From contig JABIHH010000017.1 in the NCBI GenBank assembly GCA_018649725.1, positions 40,469 through 104,468 on the forward strand: DNA of 64,000 bases, in the 5' to 3' direction. Of the stretch, positions 49,186 through 58,536 are shown piece after piece. The position numbers were made by a program, and so were the translations under genes. Each line of letters starts with the position of its first letter. Position 1 is the stretch's first letter. The notes under the pieces were generated by a model. It was not told the DNA's origin. It did not search any database and saw only the letters and a program-made list of their open reading frames with translations. This DNA comes from Rhodospirillaceae bacterium. GTDB lineage: Bacteria; Pseudomonadota; Alphaproteobacteria; Rhodospirillales; UBA2165.

Positions 49186-49611
49186 ATGCCAATAATCGAA
49201 CCAGGCGGCGGCCGTGTCTTTAAACGTATGAACGACATGACCGTAAAGGTTAAGTCATCCGACACCAATGGCACCTACGAGATGTGCGAAGAAAAATGCC
49301 CTCCAGGGTTTGAGTCTCGCCGTCACATGCATGCCAAGGATTTTGAAACCTTCTACATGGTGTCAGGCTCGGCGCGTTGGGAAGTCGGCGACGAGGTTGT
49401 TGAGGCGGTTAAAGGCCACACCATCCACATTCCACCGAATGTTCCGCATAAAGTAAAATCCGATGAGGGCTGCGAAATGATTTGCATCTTCGGCCCCGGC
49501 CAACAAGAAGGCCAGTTCGAAGAAATGAGCAACCTCACCGAAGAGCAACAACAGGATGACGCACTTAAAAAGTCCATCCTCGCCAAATACAATATGGTGC
49601 CGCTCGAATAG
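49186..49611 (+). CDS. Cupin domain protein (paralog of upstream gene)
   Basis: HMH...ETFYM...IPPNVPH. Confidence 0.85.
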   Translation: MPIIEPGGGRVFKRMNDMTVKVKSSDTNGTYEMCEEKCPPGFESRRHMHAKDFETFYMVSGSARWEVGDEVVEAVKGHTIHIPPNVPHKVKSDEGCEMICIFGPGQQEGQFEEMSNLTEEQQQDDALKKSILAKYNMVPLE

Positions 49612-49677
49612 GAGAGACCAAAATCATTAAAGAAAAAACCCGGTTTCTAGCGATTCCAGGTTTTTTTATCACCTCCT

Positions 49678-49734
49678 GTCACCCTGGACCTGATCCGAGG
49701 TCCAGTCTGGATTCCGGCTCAAGGCCAGAATGAC
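49678..49734. repeat. REP-like palindromic repeats, family A (degenerate)
   Basis: gtcaccctggacctgatccgaggtccag tctggattccggctcaaggccagaatgac. Confidence 0.7.
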
Positions 49735-49856
49735 AATTATTTCTCACACACCATAAGGAACCTTCAAACACGCATATTTGTAGATTTTCTGTTGGTAAAA
49801 TAGCCCGAAGAGAATTAGAAGTAGCTCATGTAAATTTGCCCTTTGAAGGAAGCAAG

Positions 49857-50513
49857 ATGCCAAATATTACGATGCTCGATATTGAAGAGCTTAAAAAAAC
49901 CAAACTCGGGGGTTTCATTAAAAAAAGCCTCCGCCACCGCGCACCCGATCCGGCTTTTCACGCCATGCTCGGCCATAACCCAGAGCTCTCAGCCTCTATG
50001 TATTTTGCCTGGGGGACAGTGTTTAATACCGGCTCCGTTGATCACAAGCTGAAAGAGATCATCCGGGTTCAACTGTCCCGAACTGCCGATTGTAATTATT
50101 GAGGCAATGTCCGTTCTGCTTCGGCGAAGCAGCAGGGATTAACAGAAGAACTTCTCGACGAAGGCATCGACAATTACGAAGCCTCCGATAAATTTACCGC
50201 GGCTGAGAAAATAGCGCTCAAATATTCCGATCTGATGGACACCGATCCGGATCTGATTGACGAAGCGTTTTATAATGAGCTCAAAGAGCATTATTCGACC
50301 GAAGAGATCGTCGAGCTGGGTGCTTTCATTGGCTTTAATATCGGCTACCACACTTGGTTTGGCACACTCGGATTTTATCCGATGTTTACGCCGGATGGCC
50401 GTTTGGTTGACCAGGAAGAATCAGCGCGGATTTATGGTGACAAGCCGATCTCGCACACCAAAGGGGCCATGCAGCGTGCCACCGAAAACAATTCAGATGA
50501 AGCGGCGGAATAG
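49857..50513 (+). CDS. AhpD/carboxymuconolactone decarboxylase-family protein, probable selenoprotein (CxxU, Sec82)
   Basis: ORFs 49836-50102 and 50235-50513 share a frame with one intervening TGA (50100-50102): ...SRTADCNY*GNVRSASAKQQGLTEE...; joined product is 218 aa. Confidence 0.85.
50106..50140 (+). promoter_or_regulatory. Candidate bacterial SECIS element
   Basis: Stem CTGCTTC/GAAGCAG with G-initiated loop GGC starting at +21 after the UGA, plus lower TCC/GGA pairing. Confidence 0.65.
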
Positions 50514-50524
50514 GAAAAAAACAA

Positions 50525-51064
50525 ATGGCGATAATTGACCCGATTCCGGTGGATCAACTCGATCCTGAGAAATTCCAAACCCGCTTGGAACTGGCCCAAG
50601 AATTAATGGTGCCAGACACCTTATTCATTCAGATCATGGCGCATGCGCCGGGCTATGGTGAGGCTTTGTTTGATGCGATGTATCAGTCACACGCCCTCGG
50701 CAATGTCGATCACACCTTAAAGGAAATCATCCGCGTGCGCTTGGCCCGTCTCGCCAAGGATGACTATTTCGGGGCATTGCGATCAAAGAAGGCTCAAGAG
50801 CTCGGCCTGACCGAAGCGCGGATTGAAGCTGGCTGTGGAGATTTCGCCGCCGACAATCAGTTCTCTGATGCGGAAAAATGGGCGCTGAATTACGCCAAGC
50901 TGATGTATACCGAGCCAAAGAAAGTGAACGCTGAATTTTACGATCTCGGTAAGACTTTCTTTAGCGAGCCGGAAATCATGGAACTCGGTGCCTTCATTGC
51001 CTTCCACTATGGCCTGCAAATATTCATGCGCACCTTGAAAGTGCTACCGCTCGACGCAGCTTAG
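50525..51064 (+). CDS. AhpD/CMD-family paralog lacking the redox motif
   Basis: VDHTLKEIIRVRLARLAKDDYFGALRS aligns with VDHKLKEIIRVQLSRTADCNYUGNVRS of the upstream gene. Confidence 0.85.
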   Translation: MAIIDPIPVDQLDPEKFQTRLELAQELMVPDTLFIQIMAHAPGYGEALFDAMYQSHALGNVDHTLKEIIRVRLARLAKDDYFGALRSKKAQELGLTEARIEAGCGDFAADNQFSDAEKWALNYAKLMYTEPKKVNAEFYDLGKTFFSEPEIMELGAFIAFHYGLQIFMRTLKVLPLDAA

Positions 51065-53754
51065 GGGTGGATGATCCCCTGAATGGTTGAGATCAGCTCT
51101 CTAATCTCGAACGGCTTCTGAATAAGAGGATAACCGTGGCCATACTCATCGGAAGACAATAAATTTTCCTGCGCATAGCCGGTCATAAGCAGTACTTTTA
51201 GATCCTTAATCTCGCTCCCGATCTGGCGCGCCAATATGGGGCCGCGGTTTCCATTGGGCAGCATTACGTCGGTCAAAAGCAGGTCTATGTTCGACCGAGT
51301 GGAATTGGCAATATCGATGGCTTTAGCACCATTGCCGCCATCAATGACTGCATAGCCGGAATTCTCCAATGCACTAACCATGATCTCGCGAACTTCCACA
51401 TCGTCTTCAATGACCATCACGGTTTCGCCTTTTCCACTCTGCTTCACTTGCTCTGACTCAACCTTGGAAACGGTGCTGTGCTCTTGTTTTGACATGGGAA
51501 GCAGCAAGCTTACCACTGTACCTTCCCCAACTTCACTTTCAATTTTGACGCCACCACCGGTTTGCTTGATAAAGCCATGAACCATACTGAGGCCCAATCC
51601 ACTCCCTTGGCCAAACTCCTTGGTCGTAAAGAAAGGCTCAAAAACTTTATCCAAAATATTATCTGATATGCCATGACCTGTATCTTTGACGGAGATCGCA
51701 ACATAATTGCCCGGCTCGAGATCATCATAAAGGCCGATAAGGTCATCGGTTTGAACATGATTGAAGGTCGAGATTTGCACCGCTCCGCCACCCGGCATGG
51801 CGTCACGGGCATTGATCACTAAATTGAGGATGGCATTCTCCAATTGATTTGTGTCGACCATGGCGGGCTTTAAATCTGAGATAGTCTGCAAATCAATCGT
51901 GACGGACTCGCCTAATGTGCGTTTCATCATACTCATAATTTCTGAAACGAGCCCGTGAACATCGGTAGAAACGGGTTCAAGATTTTGCTTGCGGGAGAAG
52001 GCGAGTAGACGTTTGGTCAAATCCGCCCCACGCATCGCGGTTTTCTTGGCCCGATCCAGACGCACCTTAAGCTTATCAATATCTGTCGGATCATCCTCCA
52101 TGAGGCTAAGATTACCGTGGAGGGCGGCGAGAATGTTATTGAAATCATGCGCAATACCGCCGGTCATCTGACCTACGGCTTCCATTTTTTGGGTCTGACG
52201 CAGATTCGCTTCATATTGATTTTTAAGCGTAACATCAGACAGATACATCATGGTACTGCCATCGGCGAAGCGTTGAGTCTTCATCTCAAAACTTTGATCT
52301 CCCCGACCAAATTCTCTAGAGCTACTTCGACTGCGAAATTTTTCCAACCGATCCGCAAGCCAGTCCTCATGGGACATCGTGCTCTTTATAGCAGGTCTAA
52401 CCGTAAGACGTCCTTTCGAAAACTCCTCATAGGATACACCGATCTCAATAAGTTCAGACATGATCGAGTTAAATTCAATATACCGACTATTATAGGTTAC
52501 CAATCTTTCATCAGGACCCCATAATGCTAATCCCATTTCCGAATTTTCAAGCGTTTCAAAGAATTGTCGCTCAACACTCTCAGCCCGGTCTTTCAATTCA
52601 ATCTCACCGGTTTCATCTTTCACGATACCGCGATAGCCGACAAAAATCTCCTCATCATCAAACATTGGTTTTGCTGAAATGCGTAAATGAGCGTGTTTAC
52701 TTCGGGCTTGGATTGCATTGTAGGTAATATCATGAACTTCCTGATGTTTCTCAAAATGCTCCTTGAGCGACCTCAATCCGTTCGGCATTTTATTTGGATC
52801 GACAAAATCCCATAATTTTTTTCCGATAAAAACATCGCTTTTCATATTTAGATTTTTGACCGGCGGAGAAAAATAAACAAAATTAAAATTCTCATCAGTT
52901 TCAAAAAAGCGATCGGCACCCAATTCGGCAAAATCTGTCGCCCGTTGTTCTTTTTCCCGAATTGAATTTTGCATTTCCACGCGTTCGGTAACATCTTTCG
53001 ATAAGAACGCAACCCGCGCAGGTTTTCCGTCCTCACCAATTACAGGATAACCAGACACCTCAACATAGCTATCACTCAGGCTGGAGAGAAAATCTAAATT
53101 GATGATGGGTTTACCCGTTTCAATTATCTCCTGAGCTTTCTGTTTTCTGCGTTCCGCCGATTTTGGATTGTCATAATCATAGATATTTTTTCCAACAACC
53201 TGATCAAGCGACACGCCAAAAATACTGCTCAAGGCATCGTTCGCGGCCAGGATGGTGCCGTCATTTTCAATCAAAACGGCACGGTCTTTCAGCGCATCCA
53301 AAAATGCCTGCAGATTAGCCTCGTTTGATTTTACTTCCTGCTGAAGTCGCTTCGTTTCCAATTTTGCTTCAGCATTGGCAATTGTTTTGGCAACAATTCT
53401 AGGTAAGATTTCGGTATAGACATCCTTGCCACTTTTAATAATGTAATCTGAAACACCAAGACCCAAGGCTTGGGCAGCAATCGTTTCACTACCTTGCGCT
53501 GTTATAAACACGATCGGGATATCCGGCGCGCTCGTCAAAAACTTTTTGGCTAACTCAAGCCCATCGCCATCCGGTAAATTGTAATCGAGCAGAATTAAAT
53601 CATAAATCTTTGTTGAGAAATGTTTTGTGCCCTCAGCACAATTGGCAGCGATATCCACCTCGTAGCCATGGATTCCCAAACTCGCGGCACAAAGCTCGGC
53701 CAATTGCAGGCTGTCTTCAACATATAAAATTTTATATGTCCGGTCTAATTTCAC
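51061..53754 (-). CDS. Hybrid sensor histidine kinase (REC-PAS x3-HisKA-HATPase-REC)
   Basis: N-terminal LLDYNLPD; QKMEAVGQMTGGIAHDFNN; FEPFFTTK; GLGLS; C-terminal LLTDVMLP. Confidence 0.93.
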   Translation of the reverse strand: MKLDRTYKILYVEDSLQLAELCAASLGIHGYEVDIAANCAEGTKHFSTKIYDLILLDYNLPDGDGLELAKKFLTSAPDIPIVFITAQGSETIAAQALGLGVSDYIIKSGKDVYTEILPRIVAKTIANAEAKLETKRLQQEVKSNEANLQAFLDALKDRAVLIENDGTILAANDALSSIFGVSLDQVVGKNIYDYDNPKSAERRKQKAQEIIETGKPIINLDFLSSLSDSYVEVSGYPVIGEDGKPARVAFLSKDVTERVEMQNSIREKEQRATDFAELGADRFFETDENFNFVYFSPPVKNLNMKSDVFIGKKLWDFVDPNKMPNGLRSLKEHFEKHQEVHDITYNAIQARSKHAHLRISAKPMFDDEEIFVGYRGIVKDETGEIELKDRAESVERQFFETLENSEMGLALWGPDERLVTYNSRYIEFNSIMSELIEIGVSYEEFSKGRLTVRPAIKSTMSHEDWLADRLEKFRSRSSSREFGRGDQSFEMKTQRFADGSTMMYLSDVTLKNQYEANLRQTQKMEAVGQMTGGIAHDFNNILAALHGNLSLMEDDPTDIDKLKVRLDRAKKTAMRGADLTKRLLAFSRKQNLEPVSTDVHGLVSEIMSMMKRTLGESVTIDLQTISDLKPAMVDTNQLENAILNLVINARDAMPGGGAVQISTFNHVQTDDLIGLYDDLEPGNYVAISVKDTGHGISDNILDKVFEPFFTTKEFGQGSGLGLSMVHGFIKQTGGGVKIESEVGEGTVVSLLLPMSKQEHSTVSKVESEQVKQSGKGETVMVIEDDVEVREIMVSALENSGYAVIDGGNGAKAIDIANSTRSNIDLLLTDVMLPNGNRGPILARQIGSEIKDLKVLLMTGYAQENLLSSDEYGHGYPLIQKPFEIRELISTIQGIIHP

Positions 53755-53922
53755 CTAGTGCTCCAGAAATGGCTATTAATAAATTTTCATGTAAAAACTG
53801 CCCCTGTTATATTGGGACATTTAGGGGAATTTCAACTACCGATTTCATGAATTTTGGCTAATAAACTGAAACTTAAGGCGATTTCCTGTTGAAGCTCAAT
53901 AGCTTAATATCGTTGAATTCCT

Positions 53923-54300
53923 TCAAGCGGGAACAACTTGGGTGACGTTATTCACGATCTGCCATTCATGCTGATCTCGTATAAGGGATAAATCATCATT
54001 AAATATGGCCGCGTCACTTTTAAGCCTAATCTCAGCCCGAGCGGTATCATTTTTTGCGGTAATCCATTCAATTTCGAGTTGCCTCTCAACTCCCCCGATT
54101 TTTTCACTTCGAATGAGCTCAATATATGTTTTCTTATCTAAATTCCTAACCCCATCATTGGTAATGGCAACAACCCGAAAATCATCATGAAAAGCTTTAT
54201 CTAATTTGCCGATATCCCGGTGGTCAGCACCTTTGGCATAACTCTCAATGACTTGTCTGATTAGTTTTAAATTTTCATCTGTCTTCGTTTGATTGATCAT
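53923..54300 (-). CDS. NTF2-like (putative lumazine-binding family) protein
   Basis: VIESY..G...D...L.KAFH.D...WQIVN pattern. Confidence 0.7.
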   Translation of the reverse strand: MINQTKTDENLKLIRQVIESYAKGADHRDIGKLDKAFHDDFRVVAITNDGVRNLDKKTYIELIRSEKIGGVERQLEIEWITAKNDTARAEIRLKSDAAIFNDDLSLIRDQHEWQIVNNVTQVVPA

Positions 54301-54314
54301 TATTCGCTTCCTTT

Positions 54315-54359
54315 TTAAGTTTATTTTTAGTAAGGTTACTTTACTAAAAATAAACTTAA
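54315..54359. promoter_or_regulatory. Perfect 19-bp-arm inverted repeat, probable MarR operator
   Basis: TTAAGTTTATTTTTAGTAA-GGTTACT-TTACTAAAAATAAACTTAA in the divergent promoter. Confidence 0.7.
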
Positions 54360-54402
54360 TCGCAAGTGACATATTAGTCAAGTTCCTTTATTAAGGTTTG
54401 TT

Positions 54403-54825
54403 ATGAATGACGATCTACCCAACCATATTGGCTGGCAGCTGTGGCAGGCGAGCCGGAACTGGACGGAAACATTTGTCTCCGGCCTTAAAAGCAATGGCTA
54501 CCCCGGCATTACTTTTGCACTCGCCAATGTACTTGGCCACCTAAGCCGCAATGAAAATATCCGCCAGACCAAAATTGCCAGCCGCGCCGGGCTGACCAAA
54601 CAAGCTGTCGGCCAGTTTTTGGATGAATTGGAAAAGCTGCAATTGATCGAACGCATTCCAGATCCAAATGACGGACGCGCGCGCTTGGTACGCTACACCG
54701 ATCAGGGAAAGAAGTTTCTAAAAGTTGCCGACCAGATAAAAACGGACATCGAAAATGAATACAGCGCTAAAATGGGGGGGCGCAATTTAACGGATTTAAA
54801 AAATCTGATTGATAAATTGCAGTAA
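54403..54825 (+). CDS. MarR family regulator
   Basis: IASRAGLTKQAVGQFLDELE...RIPDPNDGRARLV..T..G. Confidence 0.9.
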   Translation: MNDDLPNHIGWQLWQASRNWTETFVSGLKSNGYPGITFALANVLGHLSRNENIRQTKIASRAGLTKQAVGQFLDELEKLQLIERIPDPNDGRARLVRYTDQGKKFLKVADQIKTDIENEYSAKMGGRNLTDLKNLIDKLQ

Positions 54826-54915
54826 AATTCGATCCAGTCGTGAGCGATGGCTAATGCCTATTTTTAATGATATATCCGAAAGAGAAATCAGACACCTCAA
54901 GGAATTTTCGCAGAC

Positions 54916-56154
54916 ATGCCTAACCCTAAATTCTCGGAACGACCAGAATATGGCTGGGCAATGGTCGCGATCGCGTTCACGTTAAGCGCAATTTCCTTTG
55001 GTGTTTTATCTTCTGTCGGAGTCTTTTTAAAACCCCTCGCCGCCGAGTTCGGCTGGAGCCGCGGCAGTCTCTCCTTTGGTTATAGTGCGATAACCCTGGC
55101 AACAGCCTTTTCCGGTATTTTGTGGAGTATTATTGCTGATCGCTACGGGACACGCTGGCTCGTCCTCTTTGGCTCCATTGTCATCGGCATACCGCTTCTC
55201 CTGCTCAGCCAGATGGAAAGCATCACCGAGTTTTATTTATATTACTTCCTGTTCGGCGCTCTGGGACACGCCACTGTTACCGGGCCACTTTACGCCAATG
55301 TTGGGCTGTGGTTTACCCGCAATGTCGGCTTAGCGATCGGCTTGACGGTTGCTGGCGGTGCTGTTGGTCAAGGCGTTGTGCCGGTTATTGTTCGCTATTT
55401 GATCAATCATTATGACTGGCAGACGGCGTACGCAACACTTGGTGTTGCCTATATGATTTTGGCCATCCCCGTAGCAACTCTAGTGCGCGATTCACCCCGG
55501 CGAAAGACGGCTCATGCGGAAACGGCACCCAGCCAAAGAGATGGCACGCCTTTTCCCCTGCCCCCCAAAGTCGTCGTCGCCTGGATAGCATCAGCCGTAG
55601 TATTTTGCTGTGTCGCGATGGCCGTTCCAATCGTTCATCTCGTCTCGCTGCTTACTGATAAAGGCATGACGCCAGATGGCGCGGTAACCGTATTTTTGGC
55701 ATTGATGGTGGCGGGCGCCTTTGGCCGCATACTTGGTGGCAAGTTGGCCGATCATATTGGCTCGCTCCAAAGCTACGCCTGCATGTCGGTCCTACAGACA
55801 TCAGTAATTTTTCTGTTTCCCCATGTTCAGAACACGGTTCTGATTTATATCTTAGCGATGGTATTTGGCCTCGCTTTTTCAGGTGTTATGGCATCCTTCC
55901 TAGTCGCTGTTCGTATGATGGTCCCGGCCCGCGTGCTGGCCAGGAGCATGGCTATCGTTTCGCTGTTCGGTTGGATCGGCATGGGAATGGGCGGATGGCA
56001 AGGAGGCCTCGTCTTTGATCTCACCGGCGATTACGTCTGGTCCTTCGCCAATGGCAGTATTGCCGGCGTTATTAACCTGATCATCCTCGCATTATTCTAC
56101 CTAAACATCCGCCGGGCCAGTGGACATCAACGCGCCCAACTGGCAAGCACTTAG
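54916..56154 (+). CDS. MFS transporter
   Basis: About 12 TM helices, ADRYGTR and GKLADHIG motif A. Confidence 0.9.
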   Translation: MPNPKFSERPEYGWAMVAIAFTLSAISFGVLSSVGVFLKPLAAEFGWSRGSLSFGYSAITLATAFSGILWSIIADRYGTRWLVLFGSIVIGIPLLLLSQMESITEFYLYYFLFGALGHATVTGPLYANVGLWFTRNVGLAIGLTVAGGAVGQGVVPVIVRYLINHYDWQTAYATLGVAYMILAIPVATLVRDSPRRKTAHAETAPSQRDGTPFPLPPKVVVAWIASAVVFCCVAMAVPIVHLVSLLTDKGMTPDGAVTVFLALMVAGAFGRILGGKLADHIGSLQSYACMSVLQTSVIFLFPHVQNTVLIYILAMVFGLAFSGVMASFLVAVRMMVPARVLARSMAIVSLFGWIGMGMGGWQGGLVFDLTGDYVWSFANGSIAGVINLIILALFYLNIRRASGHQRAQLAST

Positions 56155-56172
56155 GCCAGATCAAGCCACAAA

Positions 56173-57117
56173 CTAGTCGTCGCTTTCTGGCATGTACTTG
56201 CCCGATAATTGCGGCGGAATGGGTGGATTAAAGCCCTTTTCCTGGCGCTCCAGCCGGGTTTCTCTAGACCAAGTTCGTTTGAGGTCATCCTCAATCCGGA
56301 TACGGAGGACATCCAGCCCTTCACACTCCAACTCAACCACATCGCCATCCTGGAACGCGTTCAAGCCGCGATGGTTGGTGCCGGTCGCCAAGACATCGCC
56401 GGGCTCCAGCGTATGAACCGAGCTCGCCCATTCGATACAGCGGGTAATATTGTGCGCCATGTCATCGCTGTTGAAATTTTGCTTAATATCACCGTTTACC
56501 GACAATTTGATCTGCAAATTCTGCGGATTAGAAATTTCGTCAGCGGTCACGATATAGGGTCCAATCGGCGCATAGGTTTCCCGGGATTTCATTTGAAAAA
56601 AGGAATTGCTGCCGGGCGGCTGAAGCCCACGGGCTGAGCCATCAATGAAATTAGTGTAGCCAAAGACATAATCCATCGCGTCGCTGGCACTGACATTTGT
56701 CGCTTGTTTGCCAATAACAACTGCAATCTCCGCCTCTCCTTCAAACACGGTCGCCGGAATATCTTGCAAGACCATCGCATCTTCATGCCCAATGATGCAG
56801 GACGGAGATTTATGAAAAGCGTTGATCGGGGCCGGTGCGTCGCGGGTGCCGTCCTCCATATAATTGACCGCCATGCAGTCGATATTTTGCGGCCTGGGCA
56901 AAGGTGGGCGAATTCGTATCGAAGAAAGTGGTATAGCCTCACCGTTGGAGACAGCCTTTTCAAGCTTCGGCCGTAAGGTGGCAAATTCCGCAATTAAGCC
57001 AGCCATGAGATCGAGATTGTCACGATGCGGCAAATCCTGCACAACATCGGTCACGTCAATTACTTCGGCACCCTCAACCACGCCGAGTTTATAATCATCA
57101 AAATAAGCTAATTTCAT
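56173..57117 (-). CDS. Fumarylacetoacetate hydrolase family protein
   Basis: VNY, EGEAEIAVVIG, GYTNFID, LEPGDVLATGT. Confidence 0.9.
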   Translation of the reverse strand: MKLAYFDDYKLGVVEGAEVIDVTDVVQDLPHRDNLDLMAGLIAEFATLRPKLEKAVSNGEAIPLSSIRIRPPLPRPQNIDCMAVNYMEDGTRDAPAPINAFHKSPSCIIGHEDAMVLQDIPATVFEGEAEIAVVIGKQATNVSASDAMDYVFGYTNFIDGSARGLQPPGSNSFFQMKSRETYAPIGPYIVTADEISNPQNLQIKLSVNGDIKQNFNSDDMAHNITRCIEWASSVHTLEPGDVLATGTNHRGLNAFQDGDVVELECEGLDVLRIRIEDDLKRTWSRETRLERQEKGFNPPIPPQLSGKYMPESDD

Positions 57118-57222
57118 AAAGTCTCTCCCGTTTTATCTTATTAAGGAGAGATTATGCGGAAGTTTCAATTCAAAATATCAACTAGGGCATGGCGTATTCA
57201 GATGTGTCGGGGAATTTGGCTT

Positions 57223-58536
57223 TTAAGTTCTCTGATCGACAAAGCGCGGCGCTTTAACACTGGCCTCAAATTCTTGAGCCAAGGTGCCGGTAGCCAGTTG
57301 AACGATAACTGGCCGAACTTCAAAAACGCCGCGGATTTTCTCGGCTAAATCATCAATGATGCTTTTAGCCTCAGCTGATTGGGCAATCTCAACACTGACG
57401 ACCAGATCGTCCAAGCCATCCGTCGCGACAAACTCAACTTTGAAATCATTGATCTCCGGCACACGAAAGATGAAATCCTCAAATTCAGAGTGATTGATGT
57501 TGATCCCTCTGATTTTAGAAAAGCCGACCGTCCGGTGGGCGTGTTTCATGACCGGGAATATTGAGAACGGCCCGTCAAGAGATGTCTCATTGTTGATCCG
57601 CACAATATCGCCGGAACTCCATCTGAGAAACGGTGTTGAGGTATTGCAAAAGAGCGGCGTGATGACCATCAAGCCCTCTTCGCCTTCTGGTACTGTAAGT
57701 CCAGTTTCTTCATCAACCACCTCAAACAAGGCCTGATCAGTCCAGATATGAAAGCCCTCATGAACTTTGCTGTCCGCCCCTAAAATGCCAATCTCAGTCA
57801 TGCCGAAGAAGTCGTTGACCTCCGCCCCCCAGGCACGTTCGAGCTTGTCGCGCTTGGCATCTGACAGCGCCTCAGCACCAACGATTACTTTGCGGACATT
57901 TCCGCTGGCCAGATCAATGCCCAACTCTTCCGCCAGATTGGCAAGATGGAGACCATAGCTCGGCATCCCCATCCAAATCGTCGGTTGGAGATCGTCGATG
58001 AGTTCGAGTTGAACCTTAGACGGCGTATTGGTACCCGAACCTGCCCACAGCACGCCAATGCCTGTCTGATTGGCGGTCCGAGACCACAACTGGCCTGCCG
58101 GGTGAACACCATAGGGAAAAGACTGATGGCAGATATCATCCTCTTTCAGCCCGCTCACCGTCCAGCAGCGACAAAGCTGAATATAGGTGTAATACATGTC
58201 GGTATAGGTGCGGGGATAATAGAGCGGCACGCCTGTGGCGCCCCCGGAGCGCCAATATTCGGCAATATCTTTTTGCTCGGCAATGCAAAAGAGCTCGCGG
58301 AAATTCTCAACACCCAGATCGCGCAACGTCTCTTTGTCAATGATCGGGATTTTTGCCCATTCTTCGGGGTCATCGAGATTCTCAGGATCGATGTGATCAA
58401 GCTTGCCTTGATAGAACTTGGCTTTCTGGGCTTGGGCAAAAGCTATTTTTTTACGCTCTGATTGAATGCGCAGGATGTCTTCCTTCGAAGACGGCAGTTC
58501 CAGATCTAGCTTTTCCCCAATTTTTTTCCCAGGCAT
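57223..58536 (-). CDS. Phenylacetate-CoA ligase (PaaK)-like AMP-binding protein
   Basis: SGGATG, GMPSY, VGAE, FGMTE, PFLRWSSGD, KIRGINI. Confidence 0.8.
   Translation of the reverse strand: MPGKKIGEKLDLELPSSKEDILRIQSERKKIAFAQAQKAKFYQGKLDHIDPENLDDPEEWAKIPIIDKETLRDLGVENFRELFCIAEQKDIAEYWRSGGATGVPLYYPRTYTDMYYTYIQLCRCWTVSGLKEDDICHQSFPYGVHPAGQLWSRTANQTGIGVLWAGSGTNTPSKVQLELIDDLQPTIWMGMPSYGLHLANLAEELGIDLASGNVRKVIVGAEALSDAKRDKLERAWGAEVNDFFGMTEIGILGADSKVHEGFHIWTDQALFEVVDEETGLTVPEGEEGLMVITPLFCNTSTPFLRWSSGDIVRINNETSLDGPFSIFPVMKHAHRTVGFSKIRGININHSEFEDFIFRVPEINDFKVEFVATDGLDDLVVSVEIAQSAEAKSIIDDLAEKIRGVFEVRPVIVQLATGTLAQEFEASVKAPRFVDQRT

Noticed and set aside
49836-50513. Two separate small ORFs or a nonsense pseudogene
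   Set aside because: The single TGA falls exactly at the second Cys position of a CxxC motif, the frame is otherwise intact and a SECIS-like hairpin follows; recoding is the better explanation
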